DNA of 61,626 nt, counting the filler, from Globobulimina sp. (lineage: Eukaryota), in NCBI GenBank assembly GCA_003354225.1. It is 24 parts of 24 records of this genome, joined end to end, with 100 filler letters (N's around TTAATTAATTAA, not from the genome) between each part and the next. Parts side by side here need not be neighbours in the genome. Positions count along the whole stretch, not along the records: positions 23,157 to 25,628 come from PIVH01006483.1; positions 25,729 to 28,200 come from PIVH01006484.1; positions 28,301 to 30,772 come from PIVH01006485.1; positions 30,873 to 33,344 come from PIVH01006486.1; positions 33,445 to 35,916 come from PIVH01006487.1; 19 more parts are not named here. One strand, given 5' to 3'. A model generated the notes under the pieces. It did not search any database, had not been told where the DNA came from, and worked only from the letters and a program-made list of their open reading frames with translations. Shown one piece after another: positions 23,157 to 34,128 of this stretch. A program made the position numbers and the translations under genes. Within the stretch, counting starts at the first letter, position 1, and every line of letters starts with the position of its first letter.

Positions 23157-24978
23157 AATTGCTTGCACCCGCTTGCGTTTTCAGGTCTCATAGAGCAGTT
23201 TGATCCAGATTCTCCAGTTTTCGACGAACCAGAGTTTCAGTGCATACTGGATAAAGTTGGTGACGCTATGGGTCATACATTTACCGGCAAGAAAGATGGG
23301 ACTTTGCACGCAGTAAAACTTGCATATTGGACAGGAGCTCCTTTGCATTCGAAAGAATTCAATGAATTATCCGAAATCGTCAACAAATTCACCACATACG
23401 AACTTAACCGTCAGCTCTACCCTTCCGAGCGCAACATCGACATCATTAAGGACTTACTAGGAGTGGAACCTCATTTTCTTATACGAGCAATTGCAGATCC
23501 CAACTCGTCCGGTTCACCACAAAGTCCTGCATGTAGTTCGTCCGGACCCATCTCACTAGCTAACGCGCCTGAGAGAGCTCCTAAAATTGGTGAAGAACAT
23601 CTTATTGCTGCTCATCCTATCCGTAGTGCATCGACCATTCTTGCCTCAGCGACCAGTCGAAGGAAAAGGGTTGCTGTCCAATCAAGTCCTTCTCAACAGT
23701 ACAGAACACCGAAACGGGCAAAATATGAGCAAAATGTTGGACGCTCCGCCAGCAAAAACCAAAAGGGAGTTCGGCACGAATACGTAAGTGACTCGCTCAA
23801 CACTTTTTCAGCTGTTGTTAACGCACCTCGTACTGAGTCCGTTAAGCTACGAGGTCCTAACTGTTCCACTGTTCTACTTGCTCCTTTCAAGGATCCCAAA
23901 CCTGGCTTGGACGACAATCGAAAGGGACCATACAAGGCTGCAGATATTGCCGGATTGAGCGCTGCTCTGTATGTTACATATTTCTTAACTTTACCCAAAG
24001 TAATCATATTTAACGTTTTTCAGAAAGCCGATCCCTCCTAATGTTTTGGGCGCTGTATTGGAAGGAGCAAACAAAAGACGTCCTGCTACGAGTAAAGACA
24101 GCGCTGTCGTGGGACAAGTGAAGTTTGCTTTCCGCTTCTTTCTTAGAGATTACCTCGCGCTGCAGAAAGAATTTGGGTTCCAAGATTTTGTCGAAGGTAA
24201 AATTAAATTTGCGTCAAGTTAAATGTTAACGCTTTTACTTTCAGTTCAAAGTGCCGCCAAGAAGATCACTATGTCGAAGATTAAGGGATGCGACGACTTT
24301 TTAAAATGTATGTATGTGTTGTATAGTCATCATAAAATTTGGTGGGCTGTACTATGGGCTTTGGTGTGTCATATGAAGGTTGGACAGGAAGACAGAATCG
24401 GTTTGGTTTCGGTAAGTGCGCGAACTGTCACATTAGTCGCAAACAAACATTTATTGTACATACTTTCAGACAGTCCTTCAACATGTCAACCGTCATGCAA
24501 CACAAGACCAACAACGGGCCTTTGTACAAACGCAGAAATTGGGTTCTACAAGTTCAAAAAGTGTATGTTTAATTAAATTTTCAACATTCTTTTATTGTGC
24601 GTTTGGTTCAACAAGTTTACACTGCGCTTATTTCAACATGTTTATCAACATGTTCACACATAAACGTAACACTTTTTTCAGCCTAAATTCAACCGCTTGC
24701 TTGCCATTTCCTCCGCCGATGACACTTTGGCTGCACTTTATGGCAGTAAACCAGTACCCGATGGCAGTAAAACAGTACCCGATGAACCAGATGCGACCAA
24801 CCCCAACGACGAGGATGTGGACGAAGAAGAAGAAGAGGAGGAGGGCGAAGACGAGGAGGAACCGGAACAAGGGGAACTGGTCGATGAACCACAAGTTGAA
24901 GATGGCCCAGGTGGAGAGAAATTAGTGGAAGAGCCAGAGAAAGTTCTTTCCAAAGGAAAGTTGAAAGTTTACAAATGA
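23157..24978 (+). CDS. Hypothetical multi-exon protein with acidic C-terminus
   Basis: Long ORF 23163..24041, short candidate exons and an E/D-rich terminal ORF; GC higher than most contigs; exon structure uncertain. Confidence 0.35.
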
Positions 24979-25144
24979 TCAGTTTCACCACTTGGTTGTA
25001 TTATATTTTGTTTCTGCGAGCATTGCCAGTTTGCGTCGCCTTCTCTTAAATAAAATTTTCATCGTAGTTTACTTTTATATTAATATGCTCATTTACGTTC
25101 ATTCGTTATGCCTTTCAGTGAGAAGGTTGTACTTACTTTACACT

Positions 25145-25333
25145 TTGCCTAATGGTATATCTGATAAAGCTTTCGAGCAGCCACCACAATGTATGCCTGA
25201 CGAATATAAAGTCGACGGCAACAGTGTACTTGGCTACTGGAATTATTACGAAAACGAAAAACACACAGTAAAAAACAAAAATGAGCAGAAAATTATACGT
25301 CCACACAACATCAACGAATTATGCGAATATTAA
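25145..25333 (+). CDS. Phage-type pyrimidine-dimer glycosylase-like protein, C-terminal fragment
   Basis: LPNGISDKAFEQPPQCMPDEYK..SV.GYWNYYENEK motif. Confidence 0.7.
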   Translation: MPNGISDKAFEQPPQCMPDEYKVDGNSVLGYWNYYENEKHTVKNKNEQKIIRPHNINELCEY

Positions 25334-25542
25334 TACAAAAATTCAAAAAGAACAGAAGAAAAGCAAAACACGTGAAGTTTCTTCACTTAAAGATAGCAGA
25401 GCTACACGGTGAGATAATTGCTGAATCTTTTAAAGGTGAATTTCAATTCAATAAAGGCATAACTATTATACATAGTAATGTAGAAAATAAAGCAAAGCTT
25501 TTAAAAAAGTATAACAGAAGATTAAAATTAATAGTGTACTAG
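25321..25542 (+). CDS. Small phage-like hypothetical protein
   Basis: Overlaps the end of the preceding gene (prokaryotic packing); basic 73-aa ORF. Confidence 0.45.
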   Translation: MRILIQKFKKNRRKAKHVKFLHLKIAELHGEIIAESFKGEFQFNKGITIIHSNVENKAKLLKKYNRRLKLIVY

Positions 25543-25588
25543 TGTGACGATAGCTAGTATATAATAATAGTAAGAGGCTAATGTCACA
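25543..25588. promoter_or_regulatory. Inverted repeat TGTGAC..TAGC / GCTA..GTCACA around an AT-rich core, overlapping the next ATG
   Basis: TGTGACGATAGC-TAGTATATAATAATAGTAAGAG-GCTAATGTCACA; ATG at 25581 starts an ORF that runs off the contig. Confidence 0.4.
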
Positions 25589-25779
25589 GTACGAAAGAAA
25601 TACAAGATATTTAGAGTTGCATCGTATANNNNNNNNNNNNNNNNNNNNNNNNNNNNNNNNNNNNNNNNNNNNTTAATTAATTAANNNNNNNNNNNNNNNN
25701 NNNNNNNNNNNNNNNNNNNNNNNNNNNNTATTCATTATCACATTTCGTATCAACAGCAACAAAAACATGTGTTATAGTC

Positions 25780-27264
25780 GTGATCATAGTGACGATGGCA
25801 TTACTTCTATTCTCTAACCTGCACCAAGCTGAATATATAAATGCTTATATTAAAGTGAATAAACCATCGCATAAATCCATCACCGATAATCAACATATAA
25901 TATATAACAATATTTCCGCATCTACGTCTACGATGATACAAAATTATTTATCCAAAGATAGCCGCATAAATATTGGCGATGAGTATAAAATAGAAATATT
26001 TGCGATAACTATTCCGTCCTCGATCAAAGATTTTTGGCAGTCAGAGGCCTATGAGCTTGCTATTATAATTGCAGCGGCATCATTGATATGGCCATATATC
26101 AAACTAATAATATTATTGATTGTATGGTTGGTGCCGTTAACTCAAAAGCACCGAACCCGAACAATATTGCTCATCGACCAAATTGGCAAATGGTCGTTTA
26201 TGGATTTATTTGCCTCCGTTGTGATGACAGTGTGTTTTTATGTTCATATTTCATATACCTTTGAACATTACAACTTTGATGTTCGTATTGTATGCGAGCC
26301 AGACTTAGGCATTGTTACCTTTGTAATTACTAATTTATTATCCATGGCATACAGCCATGTATTTATAATTTGGGACCAGAAATATGGCTACAAACAACAT
26401 ATTAATCTGCGAAATGGCACAAGCATCAGCCATTCCATCGGCTATCCTGAGCCTGACCAGGATTTGTGTGCTTCCTCCAACAAAATGCATGATGCGGTTG
26501 ACATTAACAATGGGCCCTCAGTGAAGAAGTTGCCTTTATTGCCAGTAGCAGCATATCAGTCATTTTATAGAAGAGATATTCATTTGTGGCAAGCGGATAA
26601 AAAGTATAATATATTTGCGTTGCTTTACAGACCGCAATCTGGGTTTGGTATAGTTTGTTTTTCCGTTTATTTGATGTGTCTATGGGGTATTTTATGGTTG
26701 ATTGTAGAGAATTCATTTACTGTGCCGGCAAGATTCGATATGGAAGGCATTGCCGGAGTGGCTCTGGGATCCCCGGCAAATGTCAGACAATTCAGTCCCA
26801 TACAGATTGCGGATGCACTCATACCGTCGACGGATAAATATTGGAATGCGCTGTTTTTAGCGGCGTGTTATTGGATAACAGTTATTATCGCTCCCATAAT
26901 CACTCAGATGGTGTTGCTCGTGATATGGTTTTGTCCCATAAAACATAAACATTTTGTGATGTTGTTGAAATCAATATGGTTTATACAAGCTTGGAATGCA
27001 TTGGATGTGTTTTTTATTGGTTCTATTTCTGGCGCAATGGAACTGGATACTGTTAGTAAATGGATCATTGATTCAACATTTCCTGAATTATGTGGGGATG
27101 ATGGTATATTGACCAATATGTTTGGAATGGGTTGTTTTAATGTGATGGGACATATAACTCGCGGCTGTTGGATAGCTGGCGCTGCTGTGATATCACAATG
27201 GTTTGCAATATGGTTTTCATTTTCGACGGCTAAAGATATTGGCATCCATGGCCTGGAATATTGA
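25780..27264 (+). CDS. PqiA-like membrane protein with two repeats
   Basis: SLIWPYIKL...IGKWSFMDLF and a second repeat PII...WNALDVF; multiple TM segments. Confidence 0.8.
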   Translation: MIIVTMALLLFSNLHQAEYINAYIKVNKPSHKSITDNQHIIYNNISASTSTMIQNYLSKDSRINIGDEYKIEIFAITIPSSIKDFWQSEAYELAIIIAAASLIWPYIKLIILLIVWLVPLTQKHRTRTILLIDQIGKWSFMDLFASVVMTVCFYVHISYTFEHYNFDVRIVCEPDLGIVTFVITNLLSMAYSHVFIIWDQKYGYKQHINLRNGTSISHSIGYPEPDQDLCASSNKMHDAVDINNGPSVKKLPLLPVAAYQSFYRRDIHLWQADKKYNIFALLYRPQSGFGIVCFSVYLMCLWGILWLIVENSFTVPARFDMEGIAGVALGSPANVRQFSPIQIADALIPSTDKYWNALFLAACYWITVIIAPIITQMVLLVIWFCPIKHKHFVMLLKSIWFIQAWNALDVFFIGSISGAMELDTVSKWIIDSTFPELCGDDGILTNMFGMGCFNVMGHITRGCWIAGAAVISQWFAIWFSFSTAKDIGIHGLEY

Positions 27265-27332
27265 TGACATGGAATATAGCTGACTCAGACTCGTTAAATC
27301 AACTTTTTGCTTTATTTGTGACATTTTGTGTT

Positions 27333-27443
27333 CATGGTCAAATAGGCAAAAATTAACACAAAAACCTGCGCAAATTTGTGTATACCAAATCAAATTTACA
27401 CGGATTTGTATGTTTATTTTTGCATATTGCCCATTTGAACATG
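27333..27443. repeat. Imperfect inverted repeat (MITE-like)
   Basis: CATGGTCAAATAGGCAA..AACACAAAAACCTGCGCAAATTTG versus reverse complement CATGTTCAAATGGGCAA..AACATACAAATCCGTGTAAATTTG. Confidence 0.65.
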
Positions 27444-27569
27444 TTCTACTTTTGAAATATTTAATTTATGCTATTATTGTTTTCGTAGACTTTCTTATCC
27501 TGTGACCGTGCGAAGTAAAAGATTTGCTGTTTTTAATCTCAAGTCCAGTCCTGTTCTTTACGCCTCTGC

Positions 27570-28200
27570 ATGTCTACTATTTCGAGTACAACCAACTGTG
27601 ATCATGATATTTTATTGCCATCCGGATACTTAAGAGAACAGGAAAGCAGCAGCTCATTATTTTTGCCAGATGATATCAAATCTGTTGTCACTTCATTCAG
27701 CAAACAAATATATGTGCGTTTTGTCAAAGCAATCCATAACTCACGAGACAAAGTAAAAATTGATTCCATTCAACCAGATCGAGATGGTGCATCGGACGAA
27801 CTTTCCGCACATATTCCAGATTATTATCTCGCCACTGACATTGAATCAAAAGTGCAGTTATTTTGTGCTGCACATAATATTAAACCCTCAGTCATAGCAA
27901 AACTATCGGCTCGCAATCATGGAATTAAATTAATATCGCATGGGATTGCACATAATTCAAATTTGTTTGTGTCCACTCACAACAATAAACTATATTTATT
28001 ATCATCATCATCCGTAAAAAAAATAAGAATTGATTTTATTGCAGACAAAAATGATGAGATTATTGAGATTAAAAATGGCGAACAACACACTCTGTTTTTA
28101 ACTAAATGTGGTTGTGTTTATAGTTTCGGAGGTAATGATTCTGGGCAATGCGGATTAGGCGCACAAATACGGAGTGTTTCGCGACTTACACTGGTTCCAT
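27570..28200 (+). CDS. RCC1-repeat protein, 3' truncated
   Basis: IKNGEQHTLFLTKCGCVYSFGGNDSGQCGLG. Confidence 0.8.
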
Positions 28201-28300
28201 NNNNNNNNNNNNNNNNNNNNNNNNNNNNNNNNNNNNNNNNNNNNTTAATTAATTAANNNNNNNNNNNNNNNNNNNNNNNNNNNNNNNNNNNNNNNNNNNN

Positions 28301-30012
28301 TGCTTTAATAAATTGCAGCAATGTCTTACCATTCCCGTATTTCTGACAAAATTCCGCTGCGATTTCACCCAAATCGATGCTCGACCGACCCACAACAATT
28401 CTAATTAACATCTCTTGGTTCACTGATATGCCTTCAACAAAATATCAAAACACTTTCAAACTGAAATTCCGAATCCAAAACATAAAAAAACATTTTTTTT
28501 TGAACATGATACCTTTCATAGATTGGAACAATAACTGTGCAAAAAACGAATGTTTATTCCTCGAAACATCAATAATTTTTTGCAACGCATCCCCAGACTT
28601 GCTATTTTTGCCGAATTTCTTCTCAATCATTGTCTTCAAATCATACTTGGATTTCTGACCATATTCCTTACACAGCCTCGCAATGTGACACCAGGAGCGA
28701 TGGCAAAACATCTCAATGATCTTCAACTTATTCAATTTGCCTTTGGTATTTTCCAGCAAATGGTACAATATTTTCGCATCATCTCTCACTTTCTTCTCGT
28801 TTAAGCCTCGCGGCGCACACTCTTTCCTTAAGATTTTCGCATTGTCCGTCAATACCAACTTCAATAACGACCCATAACTGCCGTTATCATGAAAGGACTG
28901 CAACAAACAATGCAACAAATCCCTACCAAACCTTTTTTTGTACGCTTGCTTAATATCTAATAACTGACTGTTGGTCCGACTCATTAATATCTCATTGATG
29001 ACACTCGTATTCACATTTAATTTGTGTCTGCATTTTTCAATCCATTCCGCGTCATTCACTGCACTCGAACGGCATAATTGGGTCAATATTAACAATAAAT
29101 CGCCGCTGAAATTGTCCTCCAACGCACTGTGCAAAGCCTGGTTGCGAGAGCCAATGAAATTATTTCTCACCGCGATGCGTTGCGGCACAGTTAAGGCAGA
29201 CAATATTTCTCCAACTTGTTGGCCACGGTTCTTTTTATTTATTCGCATCGCGTCTTGCAATGTTCGCACTGTATAATCGAGCTGAAATTGTGTGGCTGGG
29301 TCTGGTTTAATAGTCGGTGAGGTCGAGATGAATGACAACATATCGAATATCTGAGGGTATTCCTCGGTAAATACAGTGGATTCATCGTGGTCGGACTCGA
29401 TTTCTTCGGTCAATCCGTTTGTTATTTCTTTTTTTTGTGTGGATTTCTGCAGTTATAACGGAGGGATATTGTATACAGAGTACCTGGATTGGGTTCGGCG
29501 AGGTATTTTTGTACGTTTTCCAGGAAGAAGTCTCTGGTCATAACGTCGCCGATATAGTGATAATTGGCCAATATGCTTTGAAATTGAATGGATAATTCAT
29601 TGGAAAGTGCGTGTGCGGTGTGGCTAAATTGGGTGTCGTTTGTTTTTTGGTCGGGTTGTTGTCGGATGTAATGATGAATGAATATAAGGAATATGTTTTG
29701 TAATTCGTTGTGGATGTTAATTTCGTCTGTGTTGTCTACATCGTTTTGGCGCCATACCTCGATTAAGTCGAATGTTGTAATTTGTGGCGATAATATGTAG
29801 GATATTATGGCGGAAGAGTCCAATGTGATGTTTGTGGTTGGCGTTGTTGGCGTTCCTTCAACATCGAATTCAATGGAGTCTTTCATGTCTGTTGTATCAA
29901 TCAATGGTTGTGTTATATCTTCAGTGTAGTTGTTGCATGATCTTTTTTCAGTGTTACGCAATGCAATGGTTTCTGGAATCACATCATTTCTCGTGCAACA
30001 AGCAGAACCCAT
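28301..30012 (-). CDS. Annexin, probably with an acylated N-terminal EF-hand-like extension; introns; 3' truncated
   Basis: Annexin repeats (L.DAMR, INEILMSRTNSQL..IKQAYK..FGRDL, FFAQLL..SMKG, LIRIVVGRSSIDL). The upstream ORF starts MGSACC and contains D-x-D-N-T-D-E-I; the splice linking it to the annexin ORF is not certain. Confidence 0.75.
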
Positions 30013-30068
30013 TGAACTTGAGTGTTTTTTTTAAGTGTTATCCACAAAACAATTTTTATAATATCAAC

Positions 30069-30216
30069 ATACTTTAGAATATGACCTGTTTGAAACACAT
30101 TGTTTTTAAAATCCGCAAATTCGCAAGTCGTTTGTTAGGAGATGGTGATGACCTCTCCATAGGTTTTAAAATTTTTCTAAAACGCAGTGTTTCAAACAGG
30201 CACTATTCTAAAGTAT
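30069..30216. mobile_element. MITE family B, copy 1 (about 38-bp TIRs, possible TA target duplication)
   Basis: ATACTTTAGAATATGACCTGTTTGAAACACATTGTTTT ... AAAACGCAGTGTTTCAAACAGGCACTATTCTAAAGTAT; internal hairpin GGAGATGGTGATGACCTCTCC. Confidence 0.75.
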
Positions 30217-30484
30217 CCAAATTTTGTCATTATCATATGATATGTGTTGTGGTGATACAACATTATTATAATAATGGCACAGCAACCACACCATATTTAG
30301 ATGAATGGATTCATTCTCCAAATACAATCACGCGGCTATGCTATGCCAACGGACCTAGTAGCATTTGTGTTTCTATTGTGTTTTTGTGTTTCTCTAAATA
30401 AATCCGCAGAAGTTAATTTCTTGGCCGGATAACTAAGATGTTTTTTAAAATTATTTTAAAAAGGAAGTCAAGCGTCAAGCAATT

Positions 30485-30772
30485 ATGAATAATAAAACCA
30501 CAGATTTTGAAGAATTAACATCGCGATGGTCATCAGGTGAAAATGTTTACGGCTGTGGATGTCAAGTGGATGATGCATCACCTTCAACAATCTTCGAAAT
30601 AGCATTTTCAAATCAATCAAAGAAATTCTTTGCTGACTTGATTAGCCATAATTCACCATCTAATTCCAATTCAAATGAGCCAAATTATACTGTATCGCCA
30701 TGGACTGATATCCGAAGTGATAAATACATTAATATAAAACAAAGAAATTTAACACTAAAAGCTGTTGAAACC
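30485..30772 (+). CDS. Hypothetical protein, 3' truncated
   Basis: ATG-initiated ORF open to the contig end; no motif recognised. Confidence 0.4.
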
Positions 30773-31048
30773 NNNNNNNNNNNNNNNNNNNNNNNNNNNN
30801 NNNNNNNNNNNNNNNNTTAATTAATTAANNNNNNNNNNNNNNNNNNNNNNNNNNNNNNNNNNNNNNNNNNNNCTGACTATTAAGTTAATTTTTATTTCAG
30901 AAAACATCATCTGAAATAATCCAGGAAATTATCTGACTCTTAAGTTAATTTGTATTTCAGAAATTCCTCTTTTTTGTATGTAATCAAAAAAACTTAAAAT
31001 ATAATAAATTGTCGAGAACCTGCTGATATTAATAAAAGTATTAAACGA

Positions 31049-31914
31049 ATGAATGGAATACAAAATGAAATATCGAGAATACGCGGCTGTGCATTATCTG
31101 ATTTGAACGAAAATACCATGTCACATAATTCCAAATTAAAAGAATTACAAAAAGAACTAAGTGAATGTGATAAAGAAATCAATCTTTTGGAAGCTAAGAA
31201 ATTAATAATTCAAAAAAAAACAGAAACCACAAAAGAAGCTATCTATGAATGCCATGAAAGTTGTTCAGAAAAAAAGAAAAAAGCAAATGAGAGGTATTCA
31301 TATTTAATATCAGATCTGATCTGAAGTATTCTGATCAACAAATAACAATATACAAATAATTATAATTATTATACAGCATTAACAGCATTCAAACAAAAAT
31401 AGATGAGGTTAGTAGAGCATATCATAATTTATTACAAAATACGCAACACAATGAAACATTGCTGGAATTAATAACTGATAAAATTGAAGAATTTGAGACA
31501 AGTTGGTATGAATGGACAGTAAATGATATTGTAGTTTGGGTCAGAAATATTGAAAATAAATATTTTGATGTTATAACGTTTAAATCATTTTTTGATAAAC
31601 TTCATGAATTAAATGTTGGTGGACGCCAATTAAAAGAGATGAACAATAAATTATTTTTAGAAATGACTGGATTAGATATTAAGAGTCAATCTGTTTTAAT
31701 GAGAAATATAGGACGAATATCAAGTTATGAGAATGTATCGGGAAATAGAAATCACTGTGGATTTTGTACACAGAATATTATCAACTCTGTAATTTTACCA
31801 TGCGGGCATCAGTATGCATGCTATGCATGTTCAAAAAAGGGAAAAATATCAAAATGTCCTCTTTGCCGAAAAGATATAACTCAAATAATAAAAACATATA
31901 TGCAAGGGTTTTAG
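31049..31914 (+). CDS. Coiled-coil + SAM-like + C-terminal C3HC4 RING protein (probably spliced; 5' end uncertain)
   Basis: WYEWTVNDIVVWV (SAM-like); CGFC..INSVILPCGHQYACYACS..CPLCRKDI..IIKTY (IAP/MDM2-type RING). Confidence 0.8.
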
Positions 31915-32041
31915 TTGTACAATATATTATAATATGTAAAATAATGTTTATTTTTATGTTCACTGAATTTCACTAATTCACAACCACGCGCTGCAGAATG
32001 TATGGCTACTTCAATAACATGTTTCTAAATTCTATTATCAT

Positions 32042-32569
32042 TAAGTATAGGTTATATGTATTAAAAACGAGGGGTATAACTGGTTATATCACGAGTGCCT
32101 TCAGGCACGAGTGATATAACCAAGTTATATCCCGAGTTGATTATACATATAACCGACTTATATCATAGGAATATCCCATATACATAACTCTAGTTAGACT
32201 ACATAGTAGCATCACGGCTGATTTTGCCACCTATTGAATCATTTATAAATAATAATAATACAACACAAAAGATGGCAAACAATCCTACATTTCCACAAAA
32301 TTTGCCAGGCACAGATACAGCATCTCAAATAAATAATGCAATCACCAATGTAAATGATAATTAAGTTGTGTTTGTTGTTACCATTGTAATTGCCGGCACT
32401 GGGGAGTTTTTTCTTGAAGTGTTCTGTCTATTTAATTGTTTCGACTCAACAAATAATCCTTGAGTCATAATCAACTCCACCAAGACAAAGTATAACCAGG
32501 TTATACTAGCTGTGGGTGATGAATTATGAGAAAGTTATACCACCCTCGTGAACTATAACTATGATATAA
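32042..32569. mobile_element. Putative non-autonomous palindromic element (about 120-nt hairpin plus 11-bp inverted repeat pair)
   Basis: Hairpin 32042-32160 centred on GTGCC-TTCA-GGCAC with tandem GA/GA mismatches; TTATATCATAG (32158-32168) is the inverse of CTATGATATAA (32559-32569). Confidence 0.6.
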
Positions 32570-32770
32570 TTACAAGTATATCAATATATTATAGGTATAA
32601 CTGTAACAGTATAATTATAGGTGTAATTTGGTATAATTGTATTTGTGCACTGTGTTGAATCTGCGAACTTAATTCAAATTATAAAAAAATAAACAGAAAA
32701 AAATAGTTTATTGAGAAAAAAATAACATAATTGACATCAAATATTTCTTCATTAAATTTATCAGTTATAA

Positions 32771-33344
32771 TTACCATATGCATTCATACAAAAACAACAG
32801 AATATAGCTAGAGTCACAGCAAATAATTACTAGACTCACAGCAAACAATATAACGGCAATTACCAGACTCACAGCAAATAATAACCAAATATTCATCCAC
32901 ATAAAACGGCAAACAATATTATTATCCATTTCATTTTTTGCAAATAATGCATTATCCGCGCTGTTACTTTCACTTTGACTGTCACTGTAACTGTCACTTT
33001 CCAATGTGGATGGTGCTGTGGATGGTGCTGTGGATGGTGCGTTACAGATGACAGCACCCTGTTGATGGCCATTTATAACTTCGGTTATTGATCCCATGCT
33101 ATTTACAACTGCATAATCAGCACCGTCACCGTTAGATGGTAACGCATACCAATATGAATGACAAAGTGGTGTTGATAAGTTGCAGGGTGTGCCGTCAGTC
33201 CATACCCAAGTGCCTTCATTTTATGCATATGGAATAGAGAGTAATGGTAAATACTAAATAGTTATATATTCCATACCTTCAGTATCTGCATCACTGAGTC
33301 CAATGAAGGCCGCATAACCAATGGCGGCGGCAGAATTCATCAAA
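32771..33344 (-). CDS. C-type lectin domain protein with APST repeats and C-terminal TM, one intron, 5' truncated
   Basis: The splice yields AFIGLSDADTEGTWVWTDGTPC; then GAVICN, (APST)3 and a hydrophobic tail. Confidence 0.8.
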
Positions 33345-33444
33345 NNNNNNNNNNNNNNNNNNNNNNNNNNNNNNNNNNNNNNNNNNNNTTAATTAATTAA
33401 NNNNNNNNNNNNNNNNNNNNNNNNNNNNNNNNNNNNNNNNNNNN

Positions 33445-33973
33445 CATTTTGATTTATAATAAATGTCGATAATTTTTGCTGCTTTTTTGTTTCAAATTCT
33501 CTCCATTTTAATTGAAATATGCAAAGTATTAAACCATTAAATGATGCACATAATATCATTAATAATATCTCATTAAAACTTATTGTCTCTGATGTTGTAT
33601 CACTTGTATTTGTATTGCCATTCATAATATAATTATAATCGATATCCTCCATACTTGTATTTGTATTAATTGATAACATTTCGTTGAATCCAATAGAGGC
33701 TGTTAATGTGGCTAATATCGAGGAGGTATTTAATATAAATAAGAAGACAATAAATGTATCATTCCAGTCATATGTTGCACTGTATAACATTGATAATATC
33801 GGATCATAATAAAATAGATAATTCTTGAAATCTTTTGGTTTATTATTGACCCACACAGTCTTCCCAAGTTCAATATCCTTTTCATATATTTTCCTGCCAA
33901 ACTTTAGAGCATTGGATATAAGAAACATTATTAAATTATATAGATTAATATACCTCTTTCCCTGATGATTCAT
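33445..33973 (-). CDS. Hypothetical two-TM protein, 3' truncated
   Basis: ORF with two hydrophobic segments, divergent from DPH2. Confidence 0.4.
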
Positions 33974-34128
33974 CTAATTTTGTTGTTAATGCTGTTCCTG
34001 GTTTTATGGGATTTAATACTGCTAAAGCCATTATCAAAGCAGGAAAAAAATAATGCGTTCACACAGAAAACAAAAATGAACAAAAAAAAAAAAAGACAAA
34101 AAAAAAGACAAAAACAAATTAAAAAAAA

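Noticed and set aside
30873-30963. CRISPR-like direct repeats (about 31 bp, two copies)
   Set aside because: Only two imperfect copies at a contig edge in a eukaryotic context with no cas genes; probably a minisatellite remnant.
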